In this document: piece after piece, positions 32,184-43,808 of the stretch | How positions within the stretch are numbered: position 1 is the stretch's first letter | Layout of the letters: each line of letters begins with the position of its first letter | DNA from: Pelomyxa schiedti | Taxonomy: Eukaryota > Protista > Evosea | NCBI GenBank assembly: GCA_020536535.1 | Contig: JAHLWZ010000004.1 | Span: 404,884 to 457,672 of the forward strand | DNA length: 52,789 nucleotides | Direction of reading: 5' to 3' | Notes under the pieces: generated by a model | What the model saw: the letters and a program-made list of their open reading frames with translations, nothing else | Databases searched by the model: none | What the model was told of the DNA's origin: nothing | Position numbers and translations under genes: made by a program

Positions 32184-34166
32184 ATGCCTGTAACAAAACA
32201 CCACTCCCGCAACAAGAGAAAGAAAACACCAAACCCTAAAAAACCAAACAAAACAGGCCGTCCCACCTTGCCCCACAACACAAACGCCCCAACAAACACA
32301 ACAACCAAGGACGGCACAGCCACCAGCCAAACCCATAATAAGAAGAAAAAAGTACCCACACCGGCCGTATCCCCCACACTTGGAATCTTGTGTTGCCCAA
32401 CCACGCCTTCGCTACTTTGTTGTGGAATGTTCGGCGGCAGTGCTCAGCCGTCTCCCATAATCCCGAACCGCCTGTACCTCGGCGACGAATTACACGGCTG
32501 CTCGCGGCGCACTTTGAGGCTGTGCGGAGTGACTCGCGTGTTGTCTGTTGGCGAGCGCGCGTTCGAGCTTCCCGGCGTGTTGTTGATGCACCACGCAATG
32601 AGCGATTATGGGAGGTCAAACCTCACGAGGCTGCTGCCGTCTTTTTTCAGATTCATCGACGAATCTCTGGCTAGAAACCAATGCCAAATTGATGATACAT
32701 GCACAAATACCAATCCAAATCCAAATCCAATCACAAACACCAATTCCAACAGCAACAACAATGACCCAACCCAACTTTTTCTGGGAAAGGTTGCTTCTCC
32801 ATTGAACCGTTCCCCTGTAACATCACCAATAACATCCCCTTCCCAGTCTCCTGCGCTTATGTCTGTTATGTACAACCAGCCAACTTACACACTGTCACCT
32901 CACTCTGCTTCCCCTCAGCGCTCCACATGTGCTTCTTCTTCTGGTGCTGTACTGGTACATTGTGCTGCCGGAGCAAACAGGTCTCCGGTTGTGGTTATAG
33001 CATACCTCATAGCAAGATGCGGGCTAACTTTAGCCGAGGCCGCCACCCATGTGAAGTCTCTTAGACCCCAAACTCATCCTTGTATATCTTATATGGAGCA
33101 GCTTCTTACGCTGGAATATGAATGCTTCGGCTCTAACTCCTGGAAGTTAAGCGAATTTGCAATGGCCATGCAAGGAAAACCTTCTGTGCAGACCATTCAA
33201 CTTACTGCCGTTAATGACACGGTGGTTGTATCCCAGATGCCCACTTCTCCAAAACCCTCACCAAAGGCACAACCTTCCCCAAAAGGGCAGCCTTCTCCAA
33301 AAGCGCCACCATCCCAAATGGCACCGCCCAAACTAGTGCCACCACCACTTACCACCCAATATGTAAATCTAACAAATCCAACAGTTACATCAACCCACTT
33401 GCAGGGAACACCCGTTACTCTTCCGCCATTCAATCCAATACCCTCCTCACACTCAAATCCAACACTTTTTCCACCTTCGAAACAAAACGCACTGCCCTCT
33501 GACAAGCCTGCCGAAAGACAATATACTCCATTCACAATTGCCGCGATAGCACTTGCCACCGCGCTAGGCCCAGCGGCTACCGGAACAAGGAAAGTAGTTC
33601 CGCAAAAAGAAGCACCTCCCGGTCCGAAGCTGCCGCCGATTCCTCCTAAGCACAAGGATGACATTTTGATGGTTACACCCATTCCTGCAACCCAAAGCAC
33701 AAACACCAACTCCAACTCTAACATCAGCATCAGCACCAGCACCAAAATCACAACAGACCCAATAAAGAACCTCTCCCCACTACCCCCGCAAGCACCTCTC
33801 ACAAATACAACCACCAATATGCCGACATTAATGACAAACAAAACAGCCATCACAGGAATCAATTTCTACAAGACACCCAAGGAGAAACAGACACTTCCAC
33901 CCTTGGTTAACAAAAAGCATTCGCCAAGCTCACTCCCCAACAAAACCCCACACAAGCCAGTCACATCACTCTCCCCATCATTGTCATATCCCGGTGGATC
34001 CAGCAACACTTCTGGGAACACTGGGTGTAATGCAAAGTGGGATTGGACCAGCTGTGGTGTACATTACTCCAAGCAGCCAATACCACACACAGGCCACCAA
34101 TTTAGCTTCTGCAGAGAGCTCCCCACACTGCCCAATAGTTGTGTGGGTGCAGGGCTCTCTATGTGA
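32184..34166 (+). CDS. Dual-specificity protein phosphatase (DUSP/MKP-like) with long low-complexity P/S/T/N-rich regions. The functional start is probably the ATG near 32430.
   Basis: Single 660-aa ORF. PNRLYLGDE...GVTRVLSV...VLVHCAAGANRSPVVVIAYLIARCGLTLAEAATHVKSLRP matches the DUSP fold and the HCxxGxxRS catalytic loop. It contains (CCAAAT)n and PSPK repeats. Confidence 0.8.
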   Translation: MPVTKHHSRNKRKKTPNPKKPNKTGRPTLPHNTNAPTNTTTKDGTATSQTHNKKKKVPTPAVSPTLGILCCPTTPSLLCCGMFGGSAQPSPIIPNRLYLGDELHGCSRRTLRLCGVTRVLSVGERAFELPGVLLMHHAMSDYGRSNLTRLLPSFFRFIDESLARNQCQIDDTCTNTNPNPNPITNTNSNSNNNDPTQLFLGKVASPLNRSPVTSPITSPSQSPALMSVMYNQPTYTLSPHSASPQRSTCASSSGAVLVHCAAGANRSPVVVIAYLIARCGLTLAEAATHVKSLRPQTHPCISYMEQLLTLEYECFGSNSWKLSEFAMAMQGKPSVQTIQLTAVNDTVVVSQMPTSPKPSPKAQPSPKGQPSPKAPPSQMAPPKLVPPPLTTQYVNLTNPTVTSTHLQGTPVTLPPFNPIPSSHSNPTLFPPSKQNALPSDKPAERQYTPFTIAAIALATALGPAATGTRKVVPQKEAPPGPKLPPIPPKHKDDILMVTPIPATQSTNTNSNSNISISTSTKITTDPIKNLSPLPPQAPLTNTTTNMPTLMTNKTAITGINFYKTPKEKQTLPPLVNKKHSPSSLPNKTPHKPVTSLSPSLSYPGGSSNTSGNTGCNAKWDWTSCGVHYSKQPIPHTGHQFSFCRELPTLPNSCVGAGLSM

Positions 34167-34419
34167 AAACTAGTACTTATTACATTTTTGTTAAAACATT
34201 TCTTCGTCACATTTCTTTGCCCTTTCCCGGCTCGTTCCCTGCTTTTGATGTCCTTCCTTCCCGCTTTGCAAAGACATCAATTCCCTGCGAATTTTTCAAC
34301 GAGGAAGTGATTTGCCGGAAGTCACTTCAAAAAGAAAACCACAAAACACGTTGGGGAGATCGTTGCTGTGTCACAAAAGAAAAAAAAAGAGACAAGCACG
34401 CGCGTGCGACAAGTGTTAA

Positions 34420-37283
34420 CAATGAGCACTACAACAGCATCGTCAAGTAACCGTCTGGCACTGAGACGTGTCGCAGTCATTTCCAGCCATTTGGGAGCAA
34501 GGTCGACATCAATGAACAGTCGCGGCATTGATCGTGAGATCTCCCTTGGGCGGCGGAACTGTTGTGGGATCTCGTGTTTTGTGGGAAACGAAGATTGCAC
34601 GCCCTACCTGCTTGAAGGTTGTGGCAATGGTTTCCCCTCCTTATTAACGTGTCGTTAGGCTTGAAAATATTGGAGAACAGAGGTTACGACTCGGCTGGAA
34701 TCACCACCTTCGACGCTGAAAGGGGTTGTCTCGTTACAACAAAATACGCCAGCGTGGGATCTACCAGTGACGCCTTGACTAAACTTCGTGACTCTGCTAG
34801 TGTGCGTTTGCCCTCATTCGTTTACTGGTTACTAACGATTATTTTAGTCCCACAAAGGCCACAAAGTCGGAATAGCACATGTATGGTCTAGAGCTCAATT
34901 GACAGCATTAACTTAAATCCTATTTTTGAATCTTATGAAAAAAGACCCGTTGGGCAACACACGGAGGGAAAACGGACACTAATGCACATCCGCACCTGGA
35001 TGCAAAGAATAGGTTAGCGTGTATCCTGAGATCTCTATTAACTCTTGATCAGAGTTGCAATTGTTCACAATGGTGTCATTCAAAACAGCAACGAGCTTAA
35101 GGAAGAATTGACAGCGAAGGGGATTCCTTTCCGCAGTGAAACGGACTCCGAAGTGATTGCCCAGTTGGTACTTTGTTGCATCGTTAATTTCTTCGCTTAA
35201 GCCTATCTAGATAGGACATTACATTGATGTGGGAATGACGCCAGTGGAAGCTTGTAAGAAGACTCAAACTCGCTTGCAGGGAACTTGGTAGGAGTCGATG
35301 TCAATGTAATACAAGGAATTTTAACTCAAATGAAGGGGTGTTGTGGTATTATGCAAGGACATGCCTGATAAAGTAATTGCAATGAAGAACGGAAGCCCGC
35401 TCCTCGTTGGTATGAACAATATCAATCTGTATGACTTACTAACTTTTTATTAGGAATGGGTAAGACTAAAGTGTTTGTAGCAAGTGAGCCAAGTGCTTTT
35501 GCACGACACACAAGCCAGTACATTGCTCTACAAGATATGGAAGTTGCTGTGTTGGGTCCGGACTGCCCCTTGGACTTGTCCAGAGTGCAGGTGCATGCTG
35601 AAGATAAAATTCCCCTGTCCCCTGGTATCTTTCGCCCTTGTCCAAAGGTACCTCTCACTTGTTTAAGACCCGTGGCCCCACTGGACTGTCAAAGAGATTA
35701 TGGAGCAGCCTGTTAGTTTGGCCCTTGCAGTTGCGTGACACCTCAAGAATGATATGCACACTTACCCAATCTAGTTAAACTTTGGTGGAAGAATCATCGA
35801 TGACATGCACGTCAAGTTGGGAGGCCTGGAATCCAAAAGCGTTTGTCTTCCTCAAACTGAAAATTGTTAAAGTACAGTAAAATTCCAGAGGGACCTTCTC
35901 CCCATACGCCATCTGGTTGTTGCAGCTTGTGGAACTTCATTGTTTGCAGGGGCGTTTGGAGCTTCACTCATGCGCTATCTGTCCGCTTTTGAAACTGTTC
36001 AGGTGGAATTCATTTTTCTCGACGGACAAAAAGTTTGATCTCTAACTTGGAGATAAGGTTGTTGATGCTGCAGAGACATGTATTGAAACCTTCCCAGCAA
36101 ACAATGGTGGCTTACTTGTTATTTCTCAATCTGGAGAGACGAAGGATGTGCACAGGTTGGTTCCTTGACTGATATTCTTTTTTCTCAAAGCAATGATAGG
36201 GCATTACTCCTTGGTGAAAGTCTTAACTTACCTAGATTCTCGGTGGTATTTTTAATCAAATTTCCCTTCACCCCGCTTTGACAATTAACCTCAGGTCAAC
36301 TGTGTTGGGTCCCTCATAGCTAGGACCACCAACTGTGGCGTGTACATCAATGCTGGCCGAGAATTCGGTACTAAAAACCTACGGAAATCAATAATCTAAT
36401 AATAATAAAAAAAAAGCTGTCGCATCTACAAAAGCATTTACGACACAGGTACTGCCTTTGCAATTCCACATAAATTGAGACTTCTCTGTAGGTGTGTTGT
36501 CTTGGCCTCATTGCGGTGTGGTTCGCACAACATAGAGCCGCAAAAACTACTGAACCAAAACAGCGTGAAGTGATTGAAGCTTTGCGTAGGTATGCAATGC
36601 GTGCCCCCTTCCCGGTTAATGAAAATGAATTGTAGACTTCCTACGAGTGCAGGAATGGCGTTGAGTACATGGCCGCAGGTAAGCAATTAGAACCCCAACC
36701 ACGTCGTAACTGTTCCCCTAAGATTAAAGATCTCGCAAGAAAGATTCATTCGATGAATGTCAGAAGTATGTTTGTATTGGGAAAAGGCCTGTCTGAACAT
36801 GTTGCCAAAGAAGGAGCACTGAAAGTATGGCACTTTTATTTTTTTGAAGGCTCTTTCTGAACATCGAATGGCAGATTAAAGAGATTTCGTATTACCATGC
36901 TGAAGGGTATTCAGGAGGCGCACTTAAGCACGGCCCGTTTGCCTTGATCGAACCTGGGACTCCTATTATAATGCTGATTCCAGATGATTCACAAGCTAGT
37001 TTCATGCGAATAGCAGCTGCTGAAGTCAAGGCACGAGGGGCATTCACCATTATAGTCACGGACAAGTGTGTAACCAATAAGCCTCCCTAAATACTAAACC
37101 TGATTGCCAGTTCCAAAATTGCAACTGGCCACGCCGACGAAGTAATTGTGATACCACACAATGGGCTACTCACTTCCCTCGTCTGTGTCATACCGCTCCA
37201 GCTGTTGGCCTATGAGCTCTCCGTGCTCCGTAACGTCAACCCCGACAAGCCAAGGAACCTCGCCAAGGCTGTTACTGTGGATT
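34420..37283 (+). CDS. GFPT: Glutamine:fructose-6-phosphate amidotransferase (GFAT/GlmS), about 14 exons
   Basis: Collinear blocks read [19 protein letters not shown]|[18 protein letters not shown]..|[39 protein letters not shown]|...|[24 protein letters not shown]|..|[10 protein letters not shown]|..|[37 protein letters not shown]..|[49 protein letters not shown] stop at 37281-37283. An unusual 40-aa N-terminal extension precedes the catalytic Cys. Confidence 0.9.
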
Positions 37284-37436
37284 GAGAGCCTTTCCTGTAT
37301 TCAATTCCCACGTGATGTACATACCTACACCCACGAGAAAAAAAAATCCATTTGTTCATTGAAAGTAGTTTCTTTTTGATATTTCTTTTACAGTACCCTA
37401 TACTGCACAAGTGTTGTTATTACTTTAAAAGTTGCT

Positions 37437-38729
37437 TTACTCGTAGTCATAAGGGGAAATGAGGGGGGATTCGGGTTCGGTCCTCTTGTCGGTTTTTCTC
37501 TCCAGCTCATAGTCAGTGGCTTCTTGTTCTTCTTCCATGTCACAGACATCGACTGGGATTGGTTTGAGTGCTTTCTGACGACATGCCCTGATTTGGGACA
37601 CAAGCTCGGCTTTATTGATCCAAGTGAAAACTATCTGGTAATTGTTGGCACACAAGTAACTACGGTAAGACGGTATCGTACCGCATTGAGGAATCCCTCC
37701 GCACCGGAGAGAATAGCATGTAAGAAGTAAATCGGCACAACGGTGTAGCCAGCAAATAGCTATTCCTGCGTGAGTGAAAGAAAGCCCGCATGGAATGGAG
37801 AGGTACGCAAAATCTGTTTATCGAAGCTGGTATCCAACACACAAGTGTGATAAGCGGGTATGGTGCCAGCATTGCGGCTACTCTTCGAATTGTTCCTTGC
37901 TTCTTTTCTACGGCATTGACGGATTTGTTTTCTCTTAGAAGAGCAGAAGTGGTCAAATGTCCTTTCACGTGAACAACTATCTAGAGTGGAGATAAGAAGT
38001 GATTGCAGACAAATTTCTCAACCAGGATGTACATGACAGTAGTTATGCTGAAGCATAACCAAATCAAAGGGTACAGAAACCAGACGTTGTTTGTTGTTAG
38101 AATCCAGCACCAATCACCTATGTAAATGGGTTTTTTTTTTTCAAATTACATAATGGAGGCATACCCACCTGCCCATATCCTAGGACAAGACCGGCAATCA
38201 ACGAAATAAGTGCTCCAACTAATAAAATCCCTATAACAAAGGTAGTTGCACGAAACCACTTGGGAGATTTGTGGCTCATATTTCGCACTATAACACAATA
38301 TCTGGAAAGGTTTAACTTAATGCTGGGGAAAAAAAAGGTACGCACAGTATGAAAGATATGCAAGCACTTGTCATGAAGTAAGAGGTGAGACTTAGTTCCT
38401 GAAATACGCCAGCAATCACACAGGAAGTTTTTGGCACGCTATTGCCTGGTAACGTGAACCCCAGGGCATACACAACAGCCACGTGTGCAACCAAATCAGC
38501 AACTGACAGCCACATGACCATTCGTATTCGAAAAGATTTGAACAGTCTCACTGGCAAATAACAAGGGTGCATAAGCAGGAGAAAACAAGAACCCTCCCGA
38601 CAGGAATAGGGGGCAAAGGGTACAAGATAAGATCAAAAGGAGCAAATAAGAACTGCCCACTACACTGAGTGACTCTGACACAACAGAGCACAGGGCTATT
38701 TGCCTCAACACCTCATCACTAACCACCAT
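37437..38729 (-). CDS. Rhodopsin-like (class A-type) 7TM receptor, at least 6 exons
   Basis: Exon ORFs on minus are 38729-38496 (TM1), 38572-38312 (..WLSVADLVAHVAVV.., TM2, to ..CISFI), 38363-38118 (RYCVIVRNMSHKSPKWFRATTFVIGILLVGALISLIAGLV, DRY-type motif plus TM4), about 38100-37985 (WCWILTTNNVWFLYPLIWLCFSITTVMYILV, TM5), 37968-37660 (KKQGTIRRVAAMLAPYPLITLVCWIP, TM6), 37655-37437 (TM7 plus acidic tail ending YDYE*). NPxxY is not obvious. Confidence 0.62.
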
Positions 38730-39024
38730 GGCAATTCACCTAACTGGCCGATTTCCCAGAAGAGACTTTGGTGTGGATCGACGAAGACCACCAGTTTAGG
38801 ACACTGGCTCTGTGGAACACAGGTCCTTGGAGGTGCTTATGTTGTGGTGCCAGCACCCAGCAAGCGATTCTCGGGAGAGATTCAAGTCTTATCAACTCTC
38901 TTTCAGCCTCTCTTTTTTTTTTTTCTGGCTGAGAGAGTTTCACGAGAGCGGGCGGACGTTTGCCGGTTGGGGAGTGGGCGGGGATTCGGTTACATTCGAC
39001 GATACGATCGCTTCGGTTCCTCCT

Positions 39025-39205
39025 TTGTTGTTGTTGTTGTTGTTGTTTCTTCACCACCGACTCATCACACACCCGCATCGCGGACTGACGTGACATGTCG
39101 TCATCATCCCCTTCGTCGTCGTCGTCTTCTTCTTCTGCTTCTTCGTCGTCATCGTCATCGTCGTCTACGTCGTCACCGTCACCGTCGTCGTCATCGTCGA
39201 GTGTT
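39025..39205. repeat. Trinucleotide repeats: (GTT/CAA) about 39025-39045, then (TCG/GTC/TTC)n encoding poly-Ser on the plus strand
   Basis: Seen directly. The R/H-rich ORF 38700-39281 is an out-of-frame reading of the same repeat. Confidence 0.85.
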
Positions 39206-41700
39206 GGTGCTTATGGTACGACGAACACAGCAAGTGGAGGGGGAGGGGGAGGGCCAGGGGGCAGGAGCAAGATTGAAATGAGACTGAGCGTCGAGAGCGA
39301 GGTTTTCCAGCTCAGGCAGACCTGTCAGCCTAAATTACTTTCGTATGCTTTTTGTTTTTGTTTTGTTTTTTTTTTCGGGGTTGTTATAGGACACGTTTTA
39401 GAGAGATTATATTTGTATAGAAGAGGGAATGGCTTGGTTTTAGAGTTTTGAACCCACTGACTTTTCTTTTTTTTGCCCCACAATAAAACAGGCTGTTACC
39501 GGAGGATCGAGATGCTTCTGCGAGTAAATTCCAAGCTCTCTTACAACCACTTTCTCACATACACACTGCTGATTTGTTAAGAGTTGCTTTCATTTCTGAG
39601 TTGATTTGCAGGTTTGCACATTATATCAAACCTTGCGTCTTCGGTAAAAGCCACTGCATTGATTAATTTCAAGATTCCCGTTATGTCTGGTTCCCGGTAT
39701 CTTGTTTCTGTGGCTTTTGACTCCAAATTTACAAATCTTCACAGAAAAATGAAGATAGACCTGCATCAAACTGTTGGGTCGACTATTTCCAAGATTGTAA
39801 GGAATCTTCCCATTGACGATAAAGAATTCTTTGGGCTCTTCTGGGGTCCGTGTGGGATTTGGCTAGAGCCAAATCGCACCTTGTACTCTTATTATATTAG
39901 AGAGGATGTAAGGATTCCCCACTTCTATTCGTTCAGGATTTGGTAACTTCTTAGCTAGGATTACTTAGAGCTTGCCTATAGGCCTCGTGATTTATTTTCT
40001 CTCAAGGTTTTGAATAGCCAGTGTAACGAAACTGATACAGTAATCATCAGTTATTCTTCTTTACATATTTTTTACGCTTTTTAACTGTATCTAGCTGCAA
40101 GTACAATAGTATTGGGTCTTATACTTTCACTTAACAAGAAGGATCCAAGTACAATCGGAAACTATGGAATTTATGTTCCACAACAAACAATTATGAAGGG
40201 CGGTTTTTTCTGCGATCCTTTGAAATATATCTCTGAATACGGGATAGAGACACTGGTTTTCAGTTTCCTCAATATTCTTACCATTGATATCAGTCTAGGA
40301 ATGTGTTGAACTTAGAGCCTTATCAGGGACTTTTGCCCCACCACTTTTCCAAATGAAGAATGCCGTACAGTTCAATAAAGGTGAACCAACGTTTCCTAGG
40401 TTTTTATTTATTTCATCCAGATCTTGTGGCTGCAACATCTCCAGCACTAAAAAAAATGTCAATAAATCAACCACTACAACGTTCACAATCGGATTTACAT
40501 GTGAAAGGCCCCATCAAAAAAGTAGTTCAGTTGCATTTTAATGGAACCACTAATTGTTGATAGGTGCCACCTGATCCAGACTTCGTTGTTCAGCAAAATT
40601 TGTATTGTCTTAAAAAGTAATTTATGGGGTAATTGTTTCAATAGGAGATTGGAAAAACTTGAACGCCAGCTGGAAGAAATGAAACTAGATGAATTGAAAC
40701 ACCCAGGTATTGGAGGGAAAAAGTGTGGATTTCCCTTTGGTAACAACGCCATAGTCAAAGGACCAGATGGTACTGGTTCTAGCAGTGGTAGTTCAGGGAG
40801 TGGTGGAAGCTCTACAAGCAGCACCAGTAGTGGAGGTGCAGCTACCAGCAACCCTGCCACTTCTGTTTCCAATGCCCTACTATCTCTAAGACAGCACCCT
40901 ATATCAAATATTCTTGAACCTATGCTTGGTCAAGTCCTTCTCCTCCCTCCTGCAGAAAAGGAAGATACAGCTCCCTGTACTCCATCTACAGCACCCGCAA
41001 CTTCAAACACTCCCACAGCCCCGAATCCAACAACCAATGTACTGGCCAGCACACCAACACAACCAGACACTCCTAAAATATCCATTTCATCAGCAACACA
41101 AATAGCACTCAATTGCCAGGCATCCAGCACAACAGCTCCATCTCATTCAATCCCAAGCAAGCAACTACCTCCACCACCACCAAGTACCAAAAAGCCACCA
41201 ATTCCCAATTCGGCCTCATCCTCCCTAGAACAAGAAACTCCAACTAATCCGCCACTCGTAGAACTCAGTAGCACAGCCACATCACTCTGGGAAAAGGACT
41301 TGTACGATTTACTAAATGATTGGAGCTCACTAAATTCCACTCAAAAACAAACTCCACCCGTTTCGTTGTGGTATACTGCGAAGCGTGTCTGCAATCCAGT
41401 TTTGGGTACCCTGTCATTTCTACATTGTTTTGCTTCTAGGTTCTAACCCTACTACAGTGCCACCAGCACAGCGGGCAGAAATTCTATCCCGCCTTGCGGA
41501 AACCGAAAATACACTACTTGATGAGTGCCTCAAGTCACTCAACATGCACTATTCTGTAATCAAACCTGGCAAATCACTCACAACACACATCAACCAACCA
41601 TCAACAATTCCCCCAAAAATCATGCTCCCACTCCTGGATGAAACTGCAACCAACAAACCACCCACACCACAAATGGGTTGGCTTCTATAATTGCTCCATT
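39095..41700 (+). CDS. Hypothetical gene: poly-Ser N-terminus, a FERM/ubiquitin-like N-lobe-like segment (39614-40300), then a long S/T/P-rich disordered region (40541-41700)
   Basis: SRYLVSVAFDSKFTNLHRKMKIDLHQTVGSTISKIVRNLPIDDKEFFGLFWGPCGIWLEPNRTLYSYYIREDV resembles FERM F0/F1 lobes (..EYFGLf......WLd..k.L..Y....D..). The rest is low complexity. Whether this is one gene and whether it is truly a FERM domain are uncertain. Confidence 0.35.
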
Positions 41701-42167
41701 GTACTTTTTCTTTTATTCACCAGTGATTTTTTAAATTAAATTGGTTTTACTCCCAATCTGTAAGGTTTGTGTGGGCATTGTGAAATGCACATGGCAGTTT
41801 TTAGCTTCACTGACAAAGGAGTGAGGCAGGGTTCTCCTCTCTGAAACCATCCTGTAGTTTGGCCAGCCTCTCAACCTCCTCACATCCGATTTCTTGGCCA
41901 CCAATGAAAGGTACTCAGCCTACTGTGCTTCCGACCCCCATCACACCATTCATACAAGGCATGCCAAGCAGGCCTTGCGAAGCTGGAACGTCTCGACTGG
42001 CACCGTTCGACCTTTCGTACACCCAATATTGTGCCATGGGACCACATGGAGGCGAACTTAATGTACTTCTGACTTCACACAGTGAGTGACAAATTCTTTT
42101 CAGAAGGATAAGGAGGACTGCAACCTTTCCAGGAATCATCAAGATTTCCAAATCAGGAAAAAAGAAA

Positions 42168-43542
42168 ATGACTAGTGAGGAGGCGTCATCTGCCTCTGTT
42201 TCTGTGGCCCCCGAACTCTCACCCACAACCACTGGGAGCGCCACAACTACCACAACAACCACAGCGATTATGGGTGATGGTTGTTCTGGGGAGCGCCGTC
42301 AACCACTGGGGGCAAACAGGCCGCGTTCCAACGCGTACAGCTGCACCAACTTGCTTACTTCGTTTTCCTCGGCATCCCATAATTGGGCTTCTTTGGGTGA
42401 TAGCGGGGGCGGCGCAGTTTCGGTTATGTCGGGGAAACCTGGTGGTAGCAGCAGTCTCAAATTCAGCATTGACGTGGGAACTGAAAATGAGAATAACTTC
42501 AACCTGCACTTGGCAAAACTGCTGCGTATCAAAGGGGCTGCTCTTGTCAAAGTAAGTTATGGGATCATATGGTTCTAATTGTTTTGGTTTTGTGTCTTTT
42601 AACTATTTTTTAAATACGTGCATAGGTAGGGAACAATGAAGCAGCTTTAGAAGCAATAGAGGCATCTCTTGAAAAAGACCCACAGAACCCAGATGCACTC
42701 CGCACTGCAGCAGTGGCTCACCATAACCTCCACAATTACACCAGAGCTTTGGAGTTATTCTCACAGAGCTTGGAAATTTACAGCGATCCTCTCACTCACT
42801 CCTGCATGGGGCAGACGTTGTTAACACTTGGGAGACATGCTGAGGCAAAACAAGGTTTTTCTAAGTACAATCCCTCTCCATTCTGAACTTCATTCTAGCG
42901 TTTGATCAATCTCTGGAAACCAGCCTACTGGTGAGTGCAGTATCTGGAAGAGCTATTGCCTTATCTGCCCTCAAACAATACTCCCAAGCATTGTTGGAAT
43001 TCGACCGCGCATTGGAACTTAAGCCAAAGGATCCAAATATAATAGGAGAGAAGGCAAAAACTTTGTGCCTTCTTGATCGGCAAACAGAAGCTCTTGAAGC
43101 CATAAATTTGGCTTTGGCAATATGTCCAGGAAACCAGGATTTCCTTGAGACAAAGGGTCTCATTGCCACTCATTTGCCTGGAGATATTGAAGCACTCAAT
43201 TTTCCCATACGTCCATCCTCTCCACCTCCAAAACCTCCCCCTGACATGCAAATCGACCCCACAGTCCCACTCACACCTAGTTCCAAAGTTGATTCCCAAT
43301 CTATCAGTGATGCAACTCCCACCATAGAGTTTGTGGGAATGCCAAGTGACAATGCCACCCTGAGGCCTGGGTCTCCTCCAATAGCACCTGATCCTGAAAC
43401 AAGCAGGGACGCTCATACATTGCCAGCTACATTTCACACCAAGAATCCACTGGCTATCGACTTGCCTGCTGCAGGCTTCATTGCTGTAATTCTATACTTT
43501 CTATTGAGCACTTTAACAGTTTTTACAGGTCTCAAAAACTAA
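42168..43542 (+). CDS. TPR-repeat protein with a C-terminal transmembrane tail anchor, multi-exon
   Basis: 34-residue TPR-like repeats (..ALEAIEASLEKDPQNPDAL.., ..AIALSALKQYSQALLEFDRALELKPKDPN.., ..EALEAINLALAICPGNQDFLE..) plus a terminal GFIAVILYFLLSTLTVFTGLKN*. Poly-Thr N-terminus. Confidence 0.5.
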
Positions 43543-43808
43543 ACTGTTTTTTGGATCCAAGTCTGGATTAGTTCCTCAGTGCATAACTCTGAGGGATAAA
43601 GTAACCTTCACCAATTTGAGGATGAAGGGTTCACCTCTGTGTGCCTTGAAATTTGTGATTCCCTGTGATGATAGATTTACCCTTTCGTGCACTCCAACTT
43701 CCTTGATCTTAAAACCGGTATTTCCAAATCATTGGCTTGAGAATGACTTAACTCTATTAAAAGGGACATGAGGCGGAAATTCTGCTCAAACTCAATATTA
43801 AATGTACA

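Noticed and set aside
32236-33862. Minus-strand ORFs 32236-32619 and 33197-33862 opposite the phosphatase gene
   Set aside because: They lie antisense to the homology-supported DUSP ORF and are produced by its low-complexity, codon-biased repeats.
38700-39281. 193-aa Arg/His/Leu-rich ORF on the plus strand
   Set aside because: It is an off-frame reading of the (TCG/GAC)n trinucleotide repeat. The in-frame reading is the poly-Ser start of the downstream gene.
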